Position numbers and translations under genes: made by a program. A DNA stretch of 64,000 nucleotides from the human T2T-CHM13v2.0 reference genome, Homo sapiens: assembly GCF_009914755.1 (NCBI RefSeq), contig NC_060934.1; one strand, given 5' to 3'. The notes beneath the pieces were generated by a model that was given only the letters and a program-made list of their open reading frames with translations, made no database searches and was not told where the DNA came from. Shown here piece after piece: positions 57,942 through 64,000 of this stretch. Each line of letters begins with the position of its first letter. Positions within the stretch are counted from its first letter, which is position 1.

Positions 57942-58247
57942 CTTTTTGTTGTTGTTTTTTAAGAAACAGGATCTTGCTCAGTCACCCAGGCTGGAGTGCA
58001 GTGGCACAATCATAGCTCACTGCAGCCTCAAACTCCTGGGCTCAAGTGATCCGCTTCAGCCTCCCCAGTAGCTGGGACTACAGATGCGTGCCATCACACT
58101 CAGCTAACTTTTCTATTTTTGCAAAGACAGCGTCTTACTATGATGCCCAGGCTGGTCTTGAACTCCTGGCCTCAAGCAACCCTCCTGCCTTGGCCTCCCA
58201 AAGTGCTAAAGCGCTGGGATTACAGGTGTGAGCCACTGCATCTGGCC
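57942..58247 (-). mobile_element. AluJ
   Basis: CACAATCATAGCTCACTGCAGCCTCAAACTCCTGGGCTCAAG. Confidence 0.85.
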
Positions 58248-58825
58248 CAGTTCTTTTAAAGGAAGTTTCAATGTGCTGACTCTATTGGCTCTTTACGGGT
58301 GTCAAGCACTATCCCCAAGCCCAGGGGCTGCCCAGGCTTAAGCTGGGGTCAGACTGATGGCTGTGAAGGCCCCACCAGCCAGGAAGTACTGTGGTCCTGA
58401 AGCTTCATTCAGGCCACCTTCTTTCTACGCATCCTGGGGCCACGGTGAAGCTATTTGGGAAGACTGGGGAGGTCCTGTGGGAAGTCTGGAGCCTGAGAGG
58501 CTGCCCAGGTCCTGAGAGCTCCTTGCCCCCTCACTGTTTTTGAAACCCAGCAAAATGGCTGAGCCCATAGTGGGAGACTCAGGCTGGAAGGGGCACAGAG
58601 AGATTCCTCCCTCGCCATAGGGTTGTCTCTGCCTTCAGGAAGGAGCTCGGACTGCATGAACAAATGTTACCCGTTGAGGATATGAGGTTTTCAGCAACGA
58701 TGATACCAGGATGGACATGAGGGCCCAGAAAATAGACCCTGGAAAGGAGGAGGTGAAGAGGGCTGGCAGCCCATCCTTCCCAGTGGCTCAGTGAAAGGGG
58801 CCTCAGACCCATGGTCTTGCTCCTT

Positions 58826-59331
58826 GTGATTATATCTGTTAGCCATAGCTGCAGAACAACCCACTCCCAATTTTAGTGACCCAAAGCAGTGTTTATTCTT
58901 TTCAATGAGTCTACAGGTCAGCTGGATATTTCTTCTAGTCTTGGCTGGACTCATTCTTCTAAGATTTGGATAGGCAGTTCTGCTGATCTTGGCTGGGGTC
59001 TCTCATATTTTTGATGTCTGTGAGTCTAGAATGGTCTCGGTTGGAACAACTAGCCTCTCCTCCATGTGGTCTTTCATGCTCTTCGCAGGCGAGCCCAGAC
59101 TGTTCACGTGGTGTCTGCAGAGTTCCACTTATGTAAATGGAAACACGTAAGGCCTCTTGAGGTACAGGCTCTGAGCTTCCCTCCTTCATCTCTACCACAT
59201 TCATTCTGGACAAAACAAGTTGCAAGTCCAGTCCAGATTTTAGGAGCAGGCAAATAGACTCCCTATCATGATGGGAGAAACTGCAAAGGAGAGAGGGAGA
59301 ATTGCAACCATATTTGCAACCAGTCAACCAC
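58826..59331 (-). mobile_element. Old MLT1-type MaLR LTR
   Basis: CAGGTCAGCTGG...CTGCTGATCTTGGCTGGG; ATAGACTCC....TGATGGGAG motifs. Confidence 0.55.
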
Positions 59332-59639
59332 AAAATTTATTGTAGGAGCCAGAGAAGATAGTCTTGGGATCTGAGGTGAGGAAAGGAGGTGGAGGAGGAT
59401 CAGGGGTCAGGAAATCATGTGTCTCCACCAGAAATGCTGGTGGAAAATGCTCATGAAATGGTAAGTTATGGAATGGAAAAGAGTAAGTTACGCTATATAT
59501 TACTAGGATTATCACTATGGGAAGATCAAAGCACTTACCAATAGAAAAAAAAAAACAGAAAAACACACCAATATTATCACTTATTTGTGGTTAAGACATG
59601 AGTGGATGGATGAATTATAATTAAATTTATTTCTTTGTA

Positions 59640-59890
59640 TAGCTAGTGCTTATATAGCAATTACTAGGTGTGGGTGGCACTTACATCTGCTAACTCATTT
59701 GATCCTTACAATAATCCTAAAAGTTAGATACTATTACTATTCTCACTTCTACAAATGAGGCACCAAGCACAGAAAGGTTAAGTAACTTGTTGAAGGTCCC
59801 ACAGCTACTAAGTAAGTGATAGATTCAGGCTTTGAATTTAAATAATCTGGCTCACTCCAGATTTCATGATCTTAATTACCACACCACATT
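59640..59890. mobile_element. MIR SINE
   Basis: ACAAATGAGG..CCAAGCACAGAAAGGTTAAGTAACTTG...GGTC.CACAGCTA. Confidence 0.75.
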
Positions 59891-60144
59891 TCATATAGTA
59901 ATAATCTGAAAACAGAAGGAGAAAGAATAATCTCATGACCATAACTTAGTAACCCTTCTCATTCATTTGTGTGTCCTTTGTTTTTCGTACAAACGTGTTT
60001 ACCTGGTTTTATTTTTAATTAATTATATCTCATTTTTTAATTTTTAAACTTAAGTCGGAATCATTTTTCTTCTTGTTGCTGTGCAGTGTTCATAACCACA
60101 GGGTTTTGTCCCCATGAAACATTTCCATCATCATGAATTATCAT

Positions 60145-60464
60145 TAATTTTTTATTTTATTGTTTATTATTTATTTTTTTTTTGAGACAAGGTTTCACTT
60201 TGTCACCCAGGCTGGAGTGCGGTGGCTCAATCATGGCTCACCACAGCCTCACCTCCCAGGCTCAGGTGATCCTCCCACCTCAGCCTCCTGAGTAGCTAGG
60301 ACCACAGGCGTGCGCCACCATGCCTGGCAAATTTTTGTATTTTTGGTAGAGACGGCATTTCATCATGTTGCGCAGGCTGTTCTTGAACCCCTGGGCTTAA
60401 GTGATCCACCAGTTTTAGCCTCCCAAACCGCTAGGATTACAGGTGTGAGCCACTACACCTGGCC
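60145..60464 (-). mobile_element. AluJ
   Basis: CCCAGGCTCAGGTGATCCTCCCACC; TSD AATTATCATTA. Confidence 0.88.
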
Positions 60465-60555
60465 AAATTATCATTACTAATTAACAATTTCTCTATTATA
60501 GGATATTCAGATTGTTTCCAGACACTTTTTTTTCTGCAATTAAAAACAAAACTAT

Positions 60556-60695
60556 GGGCCAGGCATGGTGGCTCATGCCTGTAATCCCAGTACTTTGGGA
60601 GGCTGAGGCAGGAGGATAGCTTGAGGCCAGGAGTTCGTGACTAGCCTAGGCGACATAAGGAGACTCCCATCTTTCTTGAAAAAAAAAACAAAAAA
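60556..60695 (+). mobile_element. FLAM-type Alu monomer
   Basis: Monomer with poly-A; TSD AAAAACTAT. Confidence 0.8.
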
Positions 60696-61199
60696 CTATA
60701 AAAATAGTTTAATGCATGCAGCTTTTTCTTTCTTGTGGATGATTCCTCCCATAAATGGGACTGGTTTGTCAAAAGATGCAAATGTAGTTTTGGGACACGT
60801 TGCCTGGCATGTGCCATCTGGAAGGAGACAGCCAGAGGGCCCAAGGGCACACATCCATGTGCAGACCCTCCTACCAGAGTCATTAGAAACAGGCCTCCCA
60901 GACTTAAGGCAGCTTAGGTGGGCTCCACTTAGGATCAGCCACCTTCTCTTCCTCTTCTACCAATCAATTAGGTTCCCTCTGATGGGACTGAAATAATCTG
61001 GGCTGGTCTTGTTTGCCACGAAAAGCCCCTTCTGGGCCTCCAGGGAAAAGCATAAGATCTAATTCTTGCTTTGAATTTTTTTTTTAAATGTGTTTGAAAA
61101 TGCAACTTAATTGTGTTTTCCTCTCTCTCCCCACAACCTGGCTCTGACCTCGCCATCTTCCTGTCCTTGTCCCTCTTGTCTACTCATTGCTCCTCCCAG

Positions 61200-61285
61200 G
61201 ACATCATGTGAGGCTCTGTAAACCATGCAAGCTTGAGCCAGAGCCCCGCCTTTGGGTGGTGCCTGGGGCACTCCCACAGGTGTAG
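61200..61285 (+). CDS. GPR15LG: C10orf99/GPR15LG exon 3 coding part ([27 protein letters not shown])
   Basis: cag|GACAT; TAG 61283-61285; total 246 nt = 81 aa; receptor-activating C-terminus GALPQV. Confidence 0.97.
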
Positions 61286-61780
61286 CACTCCCAAAGCAAG
61301 ACTCCAGACAGCGGAGAACCTCATGCCTGGCACCTGAGGTACCCAGCAGCCTCCTGTCTCCCCTTTCAGCCTTCACAGCAGTGAGCTGCAATGTTGGAGG
61401 GCTTCATCTCGGGCTGCAAGGACCCTGGGAAAGTTCCAGAACTCCACGTCCTTGTCTCAATTGTGCCATCAACTTTCAGAGCTATCATGAGCCAACCTCA
61501 CCCCACAGGGCCTCAGTCGCCACCATGTGGGCCTCTCCAGTGCAAACCACCGAGCATTCCACCATGACCGGTCACAGCTACAAATCCAGAGACCATCAAT
61601 CCTGCTAGAGTGCAGGGTGGCAAGCACCCAAGGGTGGCTGACCAAGACTGCAGAGTCTCCTCCATCTTCAGGTCCATTCAGCCTCCTGGCATTTAACTAC
61701 CAGCATCCAGTGGTCCCCAAGGAATCCCTTCCTAGCCTCCTGACATGAGTCTGCTGGAAAGAGCATCCAAACAAACAAGT

Positions 61781-61798
61781 AATAAATAAATAAATAAA
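61781..61798 (+). terminator. Polyadenylation signal cluster of C10orf99
   Basis: AATAAATAAATAAATAAA (four overlapping AATAAA) about 500 nt after the stop. Confidence 0.85.
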
Positions 61799-62359
61799 CT
61801 CAATGCAGACACATCCTTGTTTGACAAGGTCAGTGATAGAGCCTGAGGCATAACTTTCTGCTAGAAGAAACCTGTCCCTAAAGCCTTCCCTGCAGGCCAC
61901 TCTTTGTCACAACACTATGTAACTGTGTGAGGAGCAGGGACAGAGGCCCTGGGTCCGGCACAACAGGGCTCGAAGCCCTGCCCTGCTAAGGGTGTTCTGT
62001 GTGAGCTGGGCATGTTGGGTCTCTTCTAGAAAACTGAGATTACAGGACCTAGTCAGAGGGCAAATAGCCAGGTGTGAAGTGCCCACAAAGGGCCTGGCAC
62101 ACAGAGGGACTTGGTTCAGGGAAATCCTTGCCTCTCCTTCCCCATCCTGGGGGAGGGTGTTTATGCCCACAGTGAACACAATGCTGCAGGGCTGAGGCTC
62201 AGAGGGCACAGATGGCTCAGGTCTGAGCAGCTTATCTCTCAACAAAGCTCCCTTCTAATCCGATTCTCACAGCAAGGTGAGAAGCCCCACCGCTGCACCC
62301 TCCACAGCTGCGTAGGAGAACGCCAGGCCCCCTCTGGGCTGATGGGCAGAGATTCCCTG

Positions 62360-62416
62360 GCCCAGGGCTCTGGGGACAGTGGTGCCCAGGGCTCTGGGGA
62401 CAGTGGTGCCCAGGGC
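62360..62416. repeat. 24-bp tandem repeat, 2.4 perfect copies
   Basis: GCCCAGGGCTCTGGGGACAGTGGT x2 + GCCCAGGGC. Confidence 0.9.
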
Positions 62417-62902
62417 AAGTCAGAGTCTTTGTCTTGTCACAGGCCAGACTTTTCACATCTCTTCCATATGTTCCACTCCCAGGTTCACTCACTCACTCAC
62501 TCACTCGTTCCCAGGCTCTGCAGTGTTCTGTTCACCACGGGCATAAATACCCCTTCCGAGTGGGGCAGGTGAGGCGGGGACTTCCCTGAACCCAGCCCCT
62601 CTGTGCGCCAGGCCCTTTGCTGCACTTCACACCTGACTATTTGCCCTCTGAGCAGGTCCTTTAATCTCCATGTTCATCTATCCCGGGGTAGTAATTGTCA
62701 GGCCCTGAGCTGCGTTCTGAGGCTCAGAGATGAACAAATATGGTCCCCTGATGTCTGAGAGGCAATCATTTCTCCACAAAGCTGTGGGCACCCAGGTAAG
62801 AACAGAGGGCTGGGACTGCAGGAGAAAGAGTGGAAGATGAGGAAGGAATGAAAAGACTGCTCAAACTCAGCAGAAGACACCAGCCAGAGAAGGGGCGCAA
62901 GA

Positions 62903-63750
62903 TGTGTGTGTGTGTGTGTGTGTGTGGTGTGCAGAGGGGTGTGGAGGACATGGGAGGTGGGGGGGGGGTTTTGTGGTGTATGTGGTGAATGGTGTGTGTG
63001 TACGGTGTGTAATGTGTGTGTGTGCGATGTGTATGTGAGGGTACAGGATTTGTACATGTGTATATGTGAAGTGTGTGTGATGTGTGGTGTGTGTGTGAGG
63101 GTATGGACTTTGTGGTGTGTGTGCCATATGTATGTCTGTAGCATGTGTGTAGTTTATACAGTGTGTGTGATGTGTGTTGATGTGTGATGGATGATGGATG
63201 TGTGGTTTGTGGTATGTATGGTGTGTGTGTGGCATGTGTGATGTGTGGTGTGCGTGGTGTATGTGTGTAATGTGGTATGTGTTGTGTGTGGTGTGTGTGA
63301 TATGTGGTGTGTGGTTGTATGTGTGGTGTGTGTGATGTGTATGGTGTGTGGTGTGACTGATGCACTTGTATGGTGTGTGGTTTGTGTGTGTGGTGTGTGT
63401 GTGTGCGTAGGGTGTGTGGTGTGTGATGTATGTGTGTGTTGGGGCATGTGGTTTGTGTGTGTGTGGTGTGTGTGTGGTGTGTGTGTGGTGTATGTGTGGT
63501 ATATGGTGGATGTGTGGTTTGTGGATATTGTTTGTGGTATGTATGATGTGTGTGTGGCATGTGTGATGTGTGGTGTGTGTGGTGTATGTGTGTAATGTGG
63601 TGTGTGGTGTGTTGTGTGCAGTGTGTGGTGTGATGTGTGATGTGGTATGTGGTTGTGTGTGTGATGCATTTGTGTGGTGTGTGGTTTGTGTGTGTGGTGT
63701 CTGTGTGATTGTGTGTGTGTGTTGGAGTGTGTGGTGAGGGATGTGTGTGT

Positions 63751-63797
<47 letters not shown>
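62903..63797. repeat. Degenerate (TG)n-rich tract, ~900 bp, ending in a pure (GT)~23 microsatellite
   Basis: TGTGG/TGTGATG motifs; pure GT run at 63752-63797. Confidence 0.95.
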
Positions 63798-63798
<1 letters not shown>

Positions 63799-64000
63799 GG
63801 GGTGAAGTAAGGATGCAGCAAGGGCCAGGCAGGAAGCTTGAGTGTTGAAGGAGAAGTCAGCAACTGGACAGCAGCATCAGGACAAAAGGGAAGCAGAGGG
63901 TTCAGCCGGGGCCTATGGAAGGGCCTGGAAAGTCCTCAGTGTTTGGGGTTTATCTTGAGAGCAATGAAGAACCAGAGATTCAGTAAGCAGGAGAGAATGC

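Noticed and set aside
61252-61608. 118-codon alternative-frame ORF overlapping the C10orf99 C-terminus and 3' UTR
   Set aside because: Starts at TTG; the upstream ATG in this frame (61225) is closed by TGA at 61234; no splice route into the frame was found
62698-63863. Long ORFs (up to 365 aa) rich in His/Thr or Val/Cys
   Set aside because: Translations of the TG/CA low-complexity tract, which is depleted of stop codons; no gene structure

Overview
Human (primate) genomic DNA, recognisable as the 10q23.1 GHITM - C10orf99/GPR15LG interval; there is no prokaryotic content. Two spliced + strand genes can be fully reconstructed with GT-AG junctions. GHITM/TMBIM5 has a CpG-island promoter, non-coding exon 1 and 8 coding exons (1038 nt = 345 aa). 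C10orf99/GPR15LG has a TATA promoter and 3 exons (246 nt = 81 aa secreted chemokine-like GPR15 ligand). The rest is transposon-rich: the 5' end of a HERV-IP10/LTR10 provirus with an AP-1 VNTR; a 5.3 kb LTR2B/Harlequin mosaic provirus (probably the HOST2/CERNA2 lncRNA locus) head-to-head with C10orf99; MER4/MER39/MaLR LTRs; an SVA in C10orf99 intron 2; many Alus; and two long CA/TG low-complexity tracts. The most notable structures read directly from the sequence are: (i) an L1-retroposed, polyadenylated MaLR-LTR fragment with a 17-bp TSD that carries a collapsed Alu and an AluYa5 at one target site; (ii) an out-of-frame overlapping uORF in GHITM; (iii) a 4x52-bp expansion at the SVA 5' end; (iv) one-sided CpG retention in the LTR2B 5' LTR; (v) a fused LTR8/LTR2 chimera inside a MER4. 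I see no evidence for a wholly new gene system. Repeat subfamily names come from recalled consensus sequences and need RepeatMasker/Dfam confirmation.
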